A DNA stretch of 64,000 nt from Tubiluchus corallicola (lineage: Eukaryota; Animalia; Priapulida), in NCBI GenBank assembly GCA_030141605.1, contig JAQGDQ010000099.1, positions 513,194-577,193 on the forward strand. Reading direction: 5' to 3'. Positions 14,750 through 29,200 of the stretch are shown in pieces (position 1 is the first letter of the stretch; each line of letters starts with the position of its first letter). Both the position numbers and the translations under genes were made by a program. The notes under the pieces were generated by a model. The model searched no databases and was not told the DNA's origin. It worked only from the letters and a program-made list of their open reading frames with translations.

Positions 14750-17700
14750 ATGTCGAGCAGTCCGCACATGAAAATGGTGATAGATACGGACGCCGGGTGC
14801 GACGATGCACACGCACTAATGATGGTGCTAGCAAAGCCAGCTATTGAAGTGCTAGGCATCACTACCGTTGGTGGCAACTGCAGAGTAGATTTAGTCTGCA
14901 GAAATGTACTGCGTGTGTTGAGGACATGCTCAAGGTTAGATGTGAGTGCACTTTTATGTCAAGGGTGTTTAGCTGAGTAGCAAGTGAAGATGGTCCTTAG
15001 GATTTCTCCTTTTGGTGATCTCACTTTTTGAAACTGCATCGTCAACTGACAGTAGAGTGCTTCAGTGGGTTGATGGTTTGACCGTCGATGCTTTTTTCAA
15101 CAGTTTAAGCACTTTGAGCAGCTTTTTTCAGACATGGTAACAAAAAAATTATATTTGAAGCAGAGTTTTCACTTTTTAAGCTTTTTGAAGACACAATCTA
15201 TATGTCATATTTGTTAAAGATCCACATAGGTTGTAAAAAATAGATGTATAAACTAAATTTATGAGTGATTTTAGAGATGTAATTGTGTAGATATTATATA
15301 TCTGGTATTAGACTAAGAGGTTTGTGATTAATCATGTCTTAATACCAAAAGTGGACAAAAGTGGCCCATGAATGGAGTGGTGGATGTTGGGTTTGGAGTG
15401 CACTTCGTACGTTATTCTCTGCACTTTATTTTGTAGATACCAGTCTACAAAGGGTCACAATTTTCTATCCTTGGAAAATCTCCCGAAGTGTCAGTATATC
15501 ACTGTCCGGACGGCTTCGGAGACGTGCCAGAATTTCAACCAGATGCAGACAAGAATCCTCCTGACATGTCACTTGTGCAGAGTGAACATGCCGTGCAAGC
15601 CCTCTTGAGGTTGTCGCAGTGGCATCGGGGGAATCTAACCCTAGTGGCTCTAGGACCACTTACGAATATTGCTCTTGCTCAGCGATTAGACCCTGAATTT
15701 GGTTCGAGGTTGCGCAACTGTTACATTATGGGTGGCAATACTGAAGGTACATGTAATAGATAAATGATACCTAAACAAGTCGAGGGATGTTCTTGGGTTA
15801 CTAGCATTTGATGTGCAAAAATCAGTGGTGGACTGAAGGTGCTTAATAAGCCTTTTCACAATTCCAGCGAAAGATGATGATCTTGAAAAAGTCAAAGGTT
15901 AAGTGAACCACACAACACATTTGTTTACACTTTACAACATTTTGCCCAATGTTATTGTATTAGTGACAATTTTAACGGCTAGCCAGAATCTTACCTAGTT
16001 CATTTTTTCTTGTTCCCAAGCAAGATCCTGTTAGTAAATCACTTTACATTGCACAGACTAATGCGTGAAGAAGTAAAGTCCCGTGAACAACAAAGAAGTG
16101 GCGTTGCAACTGAGGCAACTGTAGTAACTGCTTATCAAAAATGTGAAAGAGTTTATTGGCTCTGTATAAAATGAAGATTAAGTTTGTATCTTTTTCTTTT
16201 TCATTACCTTTAAGAGTAAGATAGATTGAAAGCATTTTAATCCACTTGGATCAACTGAATAATTTGAAAGGCTTTAAGGTTTTAGTTTGGAACTAAATTC
16301 TGTTTTGTTTTAATATGAAGCCTCGAAGTAAGAATTCTGCTAGCAAATGGGATATGCGGTTAGAATGCTTTGTGTTTCAATTTCTGTTTTTCTGCTTTAA
16401 AATTGCAATTTATTATTTTTTTGCTTAGTTGATTATGGATTTTATCTTTGTTTGTTTTTTTCGTTTTTGATTGGAACAGGAAAAGGTCCTCGAAAAATTC
16501 ACCATTGAATATGCCAAACCTCTATTTACACAGATTTTTAAGGAATGCTAATTTTAATACTTTCTGTGAATGTTACAACTCATTAGACTATAAAAATGTT
16601 AGGTTTCCGCATCCAGGAAATGATCTTGGAGCCTTCTGCTTCTTAGCCAAATGTTTTATCCATTATCCCACATTTTTGCAGACCAGCTTTTCAAATTTAA
16701 TGGTTAAACTGCCCGGTAAGCTATTCATCAACAGTGAGGTGTAATAGTAGTTAACATATGTAGATTAGAATCGGAAGCCCTGAGCTCAATAAGCCTTTTC
16801 ACCGTTGCAGGGATTGATGATGATCATGAAAAGATCCAAGGTTAAGTGAACCTAACAACGTTATTTGAACCAAACAGTGTATTTGTTTACACATTTGAGA
16901 ATGCCTCAAAGCCCATGCTTTTGTATTAGTAACAATTTTTTTTCATTAATTTTTGCTTCACTTATTTCATTTTACGTGGATTGCTGCTGGTATCTTGCTA
17001 GCTGTTTTCGGATTAGAATAACGTATTAGTTTAAAACTATACACATGTAGTATTATAATAAAAATAACTACGTGTATCACCTACACGTAGTTTGCTGCTT
17101 AAGGTCACGTAATAGTTTTAGTTAAGTAAGATACGTCGGGTTCAGTTAACCTTTGACCTACAGCCAATGCCCGTGCGCATAGCGAAACTGTGAAACGGCT
17201 TATTGATGGGCTGAGGAAGTTCAGAGTTTCTTCTACCAATTTAATGACTGACTTTCAAGTGCTGATGAAACCCATTCCTACGTAAGATACCAAACTTAGA
17301 CGGATCATTATTTATTACAGGACAGGGAAATATAACAACCTCGGCCGAGTTCAATTTTCACCATGACCCTGAAGCCGCCCAGATTGTCCTAAATGAATTG
17401 ACCTGCCCAATAACACAAATCGGCTGGGAAGTGACACTGCGCAATCAGATTTCATGGGTATGGTTATATTTTCTTGTTAGTAAATACACACAGTAGAACT
17501 GGTCTTTGTTCTGAATTTAATAGAACAGTAGGATTGATCTCTAGACAGTTTTTTGGAGCAGTGTATGTCGAAAAAATTTAAAGAGCCGACAAGTTTATGT
17601 GGCTATGTATGCATTTAATGAATTAAATCTGAAATCAGCTAAGACAGTTTTGAAGGATTATAGTAGTAGCAGCTAGTAAACCATCCCCACTGAAATGAGC

Positions 17701-18362
17701 TTTTTTGTAGAGTTGTGCCTAAACAGCGTACACAGGGCTACCTGAAGATTTACATGCTTTTTCTCTACTGCAAAATGGGTTAACAGTCTTAGACATACCA
17801 GCACAGCTCGAGGATACCACTGTGTGAAAGTGCTTTAATTTGTTTTAAAGCACAAGAAAACACTTCATAAATAAAGCTTGAAAAATTTGTCTTGAAATTT
17901 TGTAACGCCTACATGCTGTCTTATTGCACACAGAGCTTGCATTAGCAGTAATGTTGTTTAAAATTTATAAAACCTTAAATTTTTCTTTAAGGTATATTTC
18001 ATTTTATAAAACATCTATATATTAAACAGGATGTGTTTGATGGAATATGTGCAGCTGAGACGCCGCAAGCAAAGCTGTTACGCTCAATACACCATCATGC
18101 CGAGAACTTTTGTAGAGGACGAGACTGGGGTTTCATTCCGTGCGACCAATCAGCAATGGCAGTCGCGTTGGACGAGAGTGTAGCTACGGACTATCATGAT
18201 GAATACGCCACGGTCGAACTGGATGGAAAATACACACGCGGGCAAATGGTGATCGATTTCGTTAAAGTGTTGAAGAAGAAAAAGAACTGCAAGATGGTGA
18301 CAAAACTTGATGCAGAAAAACTGAAACATATGATGAAACATGCTGTAGTAAAACAATCATAA
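14750..18362 (+). CDS. Inosine-uridine-preferring nucleoside hydrolase family protein (~323 aa)
   Basis: Exons 14750-14941, 15437-15746, 17321-17457 and 18030-18362 total 972 nt in frame. Motifs: DTDAGCDDA (DxDxxxDD), ITTVGGN, HCPDGFGD, LVALGPLTNIA, IMGG, AEFNFHHDPEAA, PCDQ, TRGQMVID. Confidence 0.93.
15840..16065. repeat. Interspersed repeat family (related copies at ~16775-16940 and, inverted, at ~47185-47420)
   Basis: Shared blocks AATAAGCCTTTTCAC..GATGATGATC..AAGGTTAAGTGAACC and CTTACCTAGTTCATTTTTTCTTGTTCCCAA. Boundaries are approximate. Confidence 0.65.
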
Positions 18363-19612
18363 GTAGCATGAAAGTAGTGTGTTAAGTGCAACAACTGTTT
18401 AGAAGGCGTCTCATATTGAGATTACAACTAGCTTGTTCTAGATTCCTATGCTTATAGTAAATACTATGGAAATTGTAACTTGTGGGGACATTGGCGGGAT
18501 TTGGTGTTAAATCGCACCTGTTGTAGGAGAACAATACTTAGCTAGTTCAATTATGGACCTTGAGATGAGCATTGCTACAGCTCAATTAACAATGAAAACT
18601 AACACTAGAAATAGGTAGAAATTTAATAATTGAAATACTGTAGTGTATTCGCCTTTAGCAAGCAAGCAATCAATCAAAATATTTAAAGAAATGCTGTGAT
18701 TTAAAAAAAACAGATAAATTTACATATCTCGCTATCCAAAATCAGTTTCAGTTACTAGAAATCTTCGTAAAACTACTAACGTGCAGAAAACGCACAATAT
18801 TTCTGATTTTCAGTAACTAGATTATGACTGTGAATGTAAGAAAATTTCCTGAGGGAGCTTACAAGCAACAGTCCTCAAAGTACGTTTTCAGGAGGAAACG
18901 GCAGATTTGTCAGCATGGATTGGTCGTACATGTACTTGTTAAATTCTTGAAGTACTTTATGGTTTTTATACATTCAGTTCAGTACATGGTTGCAGTGGTT
19001 GATGGGAAAAAACTAATGCATGCATCTGCTTTGCCCATGTAATAGAGAATCAATTTTCAAACAATACATGGAGCAACCTATTTTACTATATTGACTAGCC
19101 TGCTGTTTTCGTCAAGAAATGTCTGCGTGTAACGTTGTTGATCATTAATAATTATTGATAATGGTCTATCTAAAGTTAATATCTTACTTACTTTACCTGT
19201 TAATTTAGCCAAGTGGGTAATTTGTATGTGTATGTTTTTCTTGCTCCTTTCTCTAGTTTCTGCTGATTTGATAGTCTGCAAAATTGTATGCATTTTTTTA
19301 GCTTAATGAATTATTAGTTTTTATTTCCATAAGTACTCAGGGAGGCCTTGTAAGGACGACAAGCTGTTGTATCCAGTGACAATACATAAAATGTAACTTC
19401 ATCTTTCATTTTGTTGCCCTGATTAGAAAAATCATATTGATATTTTTGTGTCATATTTCTAGGACATTCTTATATTACTATAATCATTGTAACATTCTTA
19501 ATTGAACTAAATGTACACATCAGACTGTAGGTCATTATTATTGGGTTGACTTTTTCGTAGTGATTGTACTGCCATCAGCCGATTTGCCATAAGTGCCATT
19601 TGTGGTCATTGT

Positions 19613-19953
19613 CAGGGCTGTATTATCATATAGGCTGCAACTTAGGGCTGTTACCTCAAGCTTTGGTAACATTTGGTAAATCTGTTCTTTTTCCTATGGT
19701 TGTGTTAATTTGTTTTGCAATAAATAGTAAAATAGTGTTATTTCTTAAAGAATATTTTTATTGATAAGCAAAACATTTCTATTATAGTTTATTGAAATTA
19801 TTTGCAATAAGTTTACTTCAAGCTATGTAAATGTTGTTAAATATATCACGAATAAAAATATTCTAGACGTGCAGGCGAGTTTTTGGGTGGCTTCGTCTGA
19901 GAGGGGCCCATAATTTCATTAGTCTAGGGTACCAATATCATGATCCTGTCCTG
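19613..19953. mobile_element. hAT-family MITE, copy 2 (inverted, more decayed)
   Basis: Reverse-complement similarity to 13564-13916. Degenerate CAGGGC...CCTG ends; TSD only partly preserved. Confidence 0.7.
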
Positions 19954-22900
19954 CATATTGTGCTGATTTTGACTTTCAGTCTTCTGCTTGTAGCTTTTCA
20001 ATGCAAATCAAATTCAGTTTGTAACAATGAAGACAGCATTGCAGTTGCAGTACGTTATGAATAATCTATGTATCATGTATACAATGGAATGTAGTGCACA
20101 GTATATCATATCTTATTTTTTTACTTATCCATGTGTAGCAAATGTCAATTTTAATACTGTAATAATTTTTATATTTTACTTGAGAAATAAACACATCTAT
20201 TCATTATACTGTAAACTTATGATGTAAATGCTTGTTAGTTCTTTAAATAAAAAAATACCTCGCTACCCCTATTCTGTTATCATCTTGAGGTCGGCGGCTT
20301 AATTGCGTCCTATAAACTGGAATAAAATGGAATGCATAACAAAGTGACATCTTTTGACAAGAAAGAGAAAGTATTGTAAGCTGCCGTCTTTTACATAGTT
20401 ATTTTTTGACCAGAACACACATGATAAACAGCAAGGAAAACTGGGAAAATTCATACTCAACGCTACCATACTACCTCTAATCATTGTCTCATTCATGGAG
20501 AACGTAAATGCAACCAAACGAGCTAGGACAGTTTTACCACTTCAGTGTATTCATATGCATCCTTCATAAAGAGACAGATTGCAGTCCAGCCACAACCATC
20601 AACATGAAGTAGGTTCTGCCATCGAGTTCTGCATCCAAACCTGTAGAGTGCTGTGTTACGTATAAAAAATGTAATAAGGGTTACATTCTTAAAAGTCAGA
20701 AAAGTTGTTCAATTTAATTACTTTCCCAGCACTGAAATATCATTCTTTCAAATCTACAGCTGCTAATATTTGTCAAATGGTTACAAGAAGAGTTAAAGTT
20801 CAATATTAATTTGGCTAAAGTAATCCCACATACTTAATTCTTATACAGTGTGTTATTTTCAATGCTCAATTCGTTTTGAAATTTTGCAAAAGTACTGCAT
20901 GTTTACTTTTAGGATACTAAATGGTATTAACATGCTTTAGAAAGCCAAGAATGCTTTATGTGGTGGAAAACGCCTGTTATAATTTCTCAGGCTACCATAT
21001 AAGCTTTTACTACAAAATAATGCTAAAAACTAGCCCATCTAAACATGTAAATTAGTATTTTTATATTTGGGGCGTTATATAAATTTTACGTAATAATAAT
21101 AATAATAGTAGTAGTAGTAGTAGTAATCTGCGTACGAATCAGTTTTCATAGGATACTACCAATAATCATGAAGATGTATTAAATAAATGTGGTACCGCAG
21201 CTGGTAAAAACAAACAGCACCTAGACAAGTAATTACGAATTTTGGTTTAAGACAAATTGAAGTTCCAGTGTTACACAGTTGTAATTGATGTATGCTGTTA
21301 TAGTGTTGGTTGCAACCGTCACAGAAAGCGCACTTGCCTTTGCCTTAAGGATCAAATTTATTGTTCAGAATTTTGTTATTAATAACGGGGCTTTGAAAGA
21401 TTAAATCTTAGTATAGCTCAGCCATTAAGTGTTCCAGTGTTTCTTCAAAACTTCAGTCGTTAATTTCAAAAGCTCAGTTTGCTTCCACATTTGGCCATTA
21501 ATTTCAATTTCTTCTGCTAAAATACTACACACATTGTATGTTTTTGACAAAATACCAAAACAGCATAACCAACGCATTTTATAAAACTACTGTATATTAC
21601 ATGTGTACATTTCATCTACACGTCACAAGAGCAACGACTTCGCTAACAAAACAACAACATCTCTCAACCTCACATAACACAGTAGAATCGTAAGAAAAAG
21701 TGCCCACATCAATCATAATCAGAAATGAAAATTTCATTTAGAAAAATCAACTAAACGATACAAATGTCCACTATAGAACAAGTTTATGACACGAAATTAT
21801 TCCACTACTGTGAGATTCTCCAATAATACCATGCATGAAACTAAATTTATGAGTCGAGTGAGTGAGGCTAATAAATACATTCGTGCAAGAACAAAGTAGC
21901 ATGGTAAATTTAGATTCATTATCACAAAAAGAACAAATCAACAATTGAGGACACGAAGCTTATAAAAAATCTAGACTGCTTACTGCTAATATTCCGCATT
22001 TGCATTGCAAGTTACTCTTAATAACACAAACTTTTACATTGTACATTTCCAGTTTTACAATGGCATATTATGTGCAAAGCTATTTTCCTATTACTACATC
22101 GACATACATACAAACTGCAAAATGCTCATAAATACAAAAATATAATATATACAGCTGTATGATAGGTGTATGAATAACACTATTTTACATGTTAGAGCGC
22201 ATGTGCACAGTCTGCAGCCACAAATTTTGATACATAACTAGTCTACATTACTCTATAATGCAAGAAACGAAACCTACATAATTCATTATGTTTCCTTAAT
22301 TAATTAAATCATGTAAATTAATGAAAATAAACAAAAACATTTTTAATACAATGCATTCTTGGGCAGCCCTAAAAACCGTTTAGGGACATAGACTTGTCAG
22401 AATTTTCACGTTTTTTAAATTTCCTATTCTCTTACCACATTGTGATCAATTCGCCATCTCAAATTTCCAAAAATAATCATAAGTTTATAACCTAACAAAT
22501 TTACTAAGTTTTTCAAAAACTTGAGACACTAGGCACAAAAGAAGGTTAGTGACAGTCTGAACAATCAAGTAATTGGTCACCTGATCATTGTTTTTTAAAC
22601 ACACAGATGTACATAACAATGACAAAAAAACAGCAACACAAACAATATGTTTTCTGGTAGGGAGAAACAAGCAGGCAGTTCTGTAGCAAGTTATTATGGT
22701 TAAGGAATACAGAAACAAGTTGGATTCCCCTCCCTCTCCTCTTCTCTCTCTCTCTTTCGCCCCTCCCCTCTCTCTCTCTTTCTCTCTGTTTACCAAGTAT
22801 AATAACTTAGTTACAACTCTTAAACCACAGTCAAAGTTGACGCTAAACGGTGACAAGCATTTTACGATATTTCACAACAAATGCAAGGCAACAAAAAATG

Positions 22901-23221
22901 TGATTTTTTTGTGTGGAACACTGCATAATCATACAAGATGCGTAGATAACCATAAAAGCACCTCACCTTTCTATCTTATTTTCTTGCCCCTGCTACAAGA
23001 AAGGGAATTTTTTGCCAGTTTCATTAAAGTTTCTAAATTTAAGTGTATAAACGTCAACATTTTATCACTTTACTGGTACTGCATTTTTAACAGAAAAATG
23101 AAAACAAAAGCATGACAATAAATATTATTCTTACACAATAATACACTACAGCATAGAAAAATATAAGGTAGCTCATCAAGCATTGCATTGGTCAACTTCT
23201 CATGTTATCTATCACCCTGTG

Positions 23222-26200
23222 CTAGTGAGGTCGGCTCACCATGGAGTCAGAGTTGTGCCTCACACGAGTAGTTGGAGGCGCAACCAAGTTTTTCTTCGGA
23301 ACTCCGTGTAACAAGTCTTGAATGTGCTGCATTATGAGATCAATGGCCACCAGATTCTCTGCGCCTCTGGGTATTATCACATCAGCATATTTTTTTGTCT
23401 GCATAAAACAATGTGACTAATAAATATACAATTTTTGGCTCAAGTTTACAATTCCCCACAGACAAGAAATTAGTCCATGAAGCAGATTAGGGTTGGGGTT
23501 AGGATATGGGTAGGATAGGTTTAAATTGTGTGGGAAATTGTAAATTCCTTCCCAATTTTTTGATTGGAGAGCTCTGTAGTTTACAATCATGGAATTATGT
23601 ACTATACACCGGTAAAGGAAAATAAACCGGGATATTTTACGATACTAAATTTTTCCACGACCACTTTACCAACATAATAGCCTAATCCAATAAAGCCACA
23701 AGAACCAGGCTAAATTAAAAAGCCTGAAACATTTTTGCACCTCCACTGGGCCTCGAACCCAGAAGTTATTAAAAGTGCTATACTGCACTTGCAGAAATGT
23801 TTTAAATGTTGGAAGTCCGATTATTACTCAACGAATAGTGTCCAGGTCACCTTCCTTGCACTTGTTCTAGTTGTTCGTTAGATGAGGAATAAGGTGTTTT
23901 GGCTGACTTCCATTGATCTTTACAATATTTTGAGCTGGGAGTTAGTGGGAAAAATGCACCAGATAAGTATTCCTGAGCAATGGAAGATCAAGTAAAAACA
24001 ATTTCTTAGGGAAAATACCCCTAGAAATTTATACAGCTATTAAATGCAACTCAAACTGTGCTTACCGGAAGGCAGAATTCTTCAAAAGCCGGTTTCACAA
24101 AGTTTATGTACTGACTGAGAACGTAATCAAGATCACGATGCATTTCTAGAATGTCTTTTCTCACTAATGCAAAGAATGATGAATTTATTACAAATCTTTA
24201 TGTAAATGAAAATTTAATCCATATGCACATTGCAATGATTAGTCACAAGTGAGTATAGAGTTACTGTAAATAAAATATAATACATTATTATTCGTTAAAG
24301 GGGAAGAAAATGGAATTTTAAAGTTATATTTCCATACAAAGTTATATTACTTAGCATTATGCTTACCTGCTTGAAAGATTTATGTAATTCGAAAAGAAAA
24401 TTCTTAATGATTTAGAATATTCATGCCACCTGTAAAATGGCACTGCATCCCCATCCCAAGTGTGCACCACTGATTCATCACAAAACACATTATTGATCTT
24501 ACTGACAATACAAAGTAACTTAAACTTTTGCTTAGCTAGCACAGAGTGTGCCACGAATGCCATGATTATTTCTTCAAACTTCACACAATATTACCTTAAC
24601 TTGTTTCAAAGATTTACAATCAAAAAAGCTGCGTCTAGCAGTCACAGGGGGAAATTAAAATTTACAGGTTTTATAGTGTTACGCAAGCCCTGTATACAAT
24701 AAGACAGTACGTAAGTAATATAAAATTTCGAGACGAATTTTTTAAGCTTTACATGTAAAGAGTGTTTTCTTGTGCTTTAAAGTACACTGTCACCAAGCAT
24801 AGTAGGATAAAAAGTGAGGACCTAGGATGGTCATCTAAGCAAAGTAATTTTATTCCATCAGTCCATTGCTAGCACATGATCTATTAAACAAGCTTTAGAC
24901 AAATGGCTGTTTAGTTTAGTTACATTGCTAAGAATCTGTTCAGTCATACATAGTTAACCGAACTTAATTTAATGAGATCCTTTCAAAGCATAGTTAAATG
25001 GCCGTAACAATTAACTAGGTGTTAGTGGATACACCATTTGGTCAACCAAGTAAAATAACTTTTGAGCTTCAGCCCATTTTTCTCTCTATTCAAGACCCAT
25101 CGATTCTTGAACCCATTGCTATGATTCAGCGATACAGTTAAAAATTTGTCACATTCATATTAAAACTCTGCAAACTCATATTAAACGTAGTAACTAAAGA
25201 CGCAAAACATGGTGATCTTTACGGCAATACACACATTTGAAGTTCGCCAGAAATAATAAGTTATTTAATTTATGAGTGTCCTTTGTGTAAAAATAACTAT
25301 ATATTCTTTGTGTAATCATAATAATGTGTTAAAAAACTTCAATGTGTGTTGGGGTTACATAGACCTTTAATCAAGTAGGTGAAATGTCAAAAAAGAAATA
25401 GATTTCTCAGGAAAGAATGCTGGAAAAGTACTTGAGCAAGTATTTAGTACAGAAATCTTCTATGATAAATGAAAGTTAGGGTAAGCTGTTCCAGAAGAGG
25501 AGATACAATAGAAACACATTTCGGTCTGTAAACTATCAACACCTGCAATTAGTACCTCTTCTTTCTAGTCGAGTATCAGGATCAGTGTCAACAAACAGTT
25601 TCATGTTAAACATGTCTCGCATCCGCTTGTCATAAAATGCCAGGATACCCTCAAAAAGTACAACATGAACGTCAGATGGATGGATGATACGGCATTCTGG
25701 TAGCCTAGACAAATGTGCAAAATATAGTGGATCACGAATACCAAACAGATACATATTCACCAAACGTGTTATACAACTGTTATTCTTAGAGGAAAACTAA
25801 ACCCAATATTAAACTATAGCTCAAAACATTCTACCCTCTAAGATATTGAAAGGAAACACACCATTTTGTATATCTAAATGAAAGAATAACTAAAGTGAAT
25901 TATTATCACAGAAATGCAATTTCGCAATTGCGTGGCTAGTTCTTTGCTGTTACATGCATTTTGCCATTCACTAGTTATATTGGCTTACACCTTAGAAACA
26001 ACGAGTTGCACAAAAAAACAGGTGTTGTACTTCTCTGTTCAGAGGTGTTTGATTATGACGTAGTGCATACGTTCAAGAGCTCATGTGTGAGCACAGCAGT
26101 AAACTTGAAATTTTAATTTAATTTTTTGGAGTTTTTGTATATCACAGCGAATGTTGTACACTAGCACTGTACTCTGTACTTCGATTTTCACTTTTGCAAA

Positions 26201-29200
26201 TACGTGCAACACACTCAAGGAATGCCTGTGCCATTGAAAATTATATTCAGTTTAATGGCATCTCTAGTTAGGCACGTCTGCCGTTAACTAAGGTTTTAAC
26301 TTATTATCTGCTCATCAGAAATGTTTTGACATTCTTACAGGTGTTAAGACATATACTTTTTCCTGTATTTCAAAATGGTGTATGATATGAAAATCATCCT
26401 GTTTTCCTTTAATTATTTGTTTGTGAATTACATGTTATATCACTTCCATCTGTAAGAAAAAGCAAATGACACGTCATTTATAGGAAATTTAGTATTTGCA
26501 ATAACAGAGTGTGAGAGACTGCACGTATAAGTAAATACCAAGTCTGTTTTATATACTAGCCTAAATGCCTAGAATCCATGACACAAAAAATAATTTTATA
26601 GCTTAGAATTTTTAGACTAGCATGCAAGTACATTGTTTAGCATACTACAAGAGTATTAGCTGCACTGTAATAGTATTTTATAGTAATTGCACAATAATTT
26701 TGCATTTAACATTTGCAATATGCAATTTCAAAGGCATCTAACATGTGCTAAACATACGGCTCATTATGCATATAGGCTCAGCCAGGGATAGAATGATTAA
26801 TCAAGTAATGTTCCCGATCAATCATACCACACCATAAAACACTTGCTCACAGGATAAAAAATGCTACATGTTACCTGGAATTTGTTCGGAAATCATATTC
26901 AGGCACCTTGGCGATTTTTCTTGATTTAATGTCCATCAATGTTTGGTACATTAGATGAAAATCCAAAGCTCCTATAATAAGGATTTGTAAGAAATTAAGA
27001 TGATAATGAATGGTGCCACCAGGCAGCAAAAGAATAAAACAGTTGGTTTGATAAGCTCTTGCAGATCAGTAGTGGACAGCTGAATGAAGACATTAGCGCA
27101 ATACTATTCGCTCTCAAGGTTACCAAATGTGCAAAAATTTATTTACAGGCACTGTTAACGATGAAAAGAGTTATATTATTCCTTTTTATGTAGAAGTGGT
27201 GTTAGTTTTTATAAGCAGCTGAGCTAGTAGGTTTTCAACACAAAATTTTTTATCAACAAAGACATAATTAAACATTTCTAGTAAAAGTGAGAATGGCAAA
27301 CTGTTCTTTAAATTCTGTCAGTAGGGGCACTTTTTTTAGTGTTGACTGATAACTTGTAATGCCGCGCAAAAAGTAAATGGAGACTTGCAAAATGCAAATG
27401 ATATCTACGAATAAAAATTTTGCTCAAGCTTTCATTGCATAATTATCTAAGGCTATGTACCTGGATGATCGAAATTATGCTGTCCTTTTAGTGCTTTTGC
27501 ATGATCCTCCTTGCTCACATTTTTATAGAATGATTCTTGTCCGATGATTACGACTCTATCACCTTGGTCCTCACCAAGTTTTTCCATTATCTGTTCACAT
27601 ACTGTCGTCTGTAGAACAAAAATCATAACAGAACATTCACAAGGATAGATATTTCAGCTTTACTACATTGATTAGTACCCAATGCATCACACACGGGCTA
27701 GCAGTCATGAGCAATTACTGTGCTTAGTAGGACTGTCCTCCTTGCGGAACAGCTGAATAGTTACAATGTGCTTGGTTACAAAGTGATGCAGTGGCAGACC
27801 TGAGTAGTAAACAGATGGATAGGTCAGCTGATATGTGATCATAATTTGTGCCATGATAAAATGCTGTTACATAATTTTCAAATGCATATATTGAGAGCTG
27901 TTGCAGTGTTGTGTATCATAAAACTTTTGATCGTATCATAAAACTGCTGAGTTGTAAATTAACAGGAACGACTTTAGAATCTGTCTTGAGAAAGAATGGT
28001 TTTCGTTCATTTTGGTGAACATATCTGAAGACAGAATAATTTGTTCACTAGTCCAAAACAAGTTATAGCAACAACGTTATAGTTAATTTTATAGCAAAAT
28101 TTAGAGGCAGCACTATATACTTTTTCACTGTCTCTTTTCTCTCTTATCTGCCTTCCTTTTTTTGAATGCCACACGTTTTTATACCAGTTACTACGTATGA
28201 GCAGAGTTTGAGCATAACACAAGTTTGGCACAAATGAGGAAGTGACAATTGGAGAGTCGTAGAGAGAAAATAGAAGCATATGCACTAAACAAAATATTAG
28301 GCCTATGCCAAAGTACACCCTACCGGGGTTTATTAATAGAAACACGAACATGGCCTATGGAAAAATGAACACCGTACAAAAAACGAATGTGACACTTTAA
28401 TTTGCCTCATTCTCATGAATAGCCGTCTAGCAAAATTAATACTGAAGGAGCAAATTATAAGAGAATATCCAAAATGTTGGTATGAAGAATTAGTGAAAAT
28501 AGGGAAAGAAAATGAAGTTAATATAGATAAAAACAAAGTAATAAATTTAAAACAATCAACATGGCAAAAACAAGTAAAGAAAGCTATACAAATAAAGGTG
28601 AGTAAGCAATACCAACAAGCAATAACAAATAAAACAAAATTAAGGTTCTTATTGTAGGGCGCGGAATACGCCACTAGCCGAAGTAGGCCACTTCCGCTAA
28701 AGTGCATGTGCTAAATTTGCAGTGTCAGCAGTGCATGGACAGCCCAAGTAGGGCTCTGTCAAGAATTATGCCATAATAAAACATAAAATTAAATTTGTTT
28801 TAGAAAAAAGTGGCTTTATAATAATGATGGATAGTCCTTGACAATTTACAAATGTATTTTTACAATAATATCATCATTATTATTAGCTCCCTTAATATCA
28901 ACTTAACATTAAACTAAGTATCTAATGCTTTAAAGAGAGAAACTATGTAAGGCACATAGCTCGCAGGCCCATTTACTTAATAGAAAACAATTATTTATCC
29001 AAAAGGTAGTGAAACGGATCACCTGTCTGTGAAGCGAGACAAAATAAAAAATGATATACTTTAAATAAATGTTGGAATCGCCTAAAAAGCGGCTTATTTC
29101 ACTTCGAAGAGATTGACATCGAAGCCAAATTTAATATTGGCCGTTCTACTAGCTCAGAATAAGATTATTTTACTTTATCAGATGTACAATAAATTATTCA

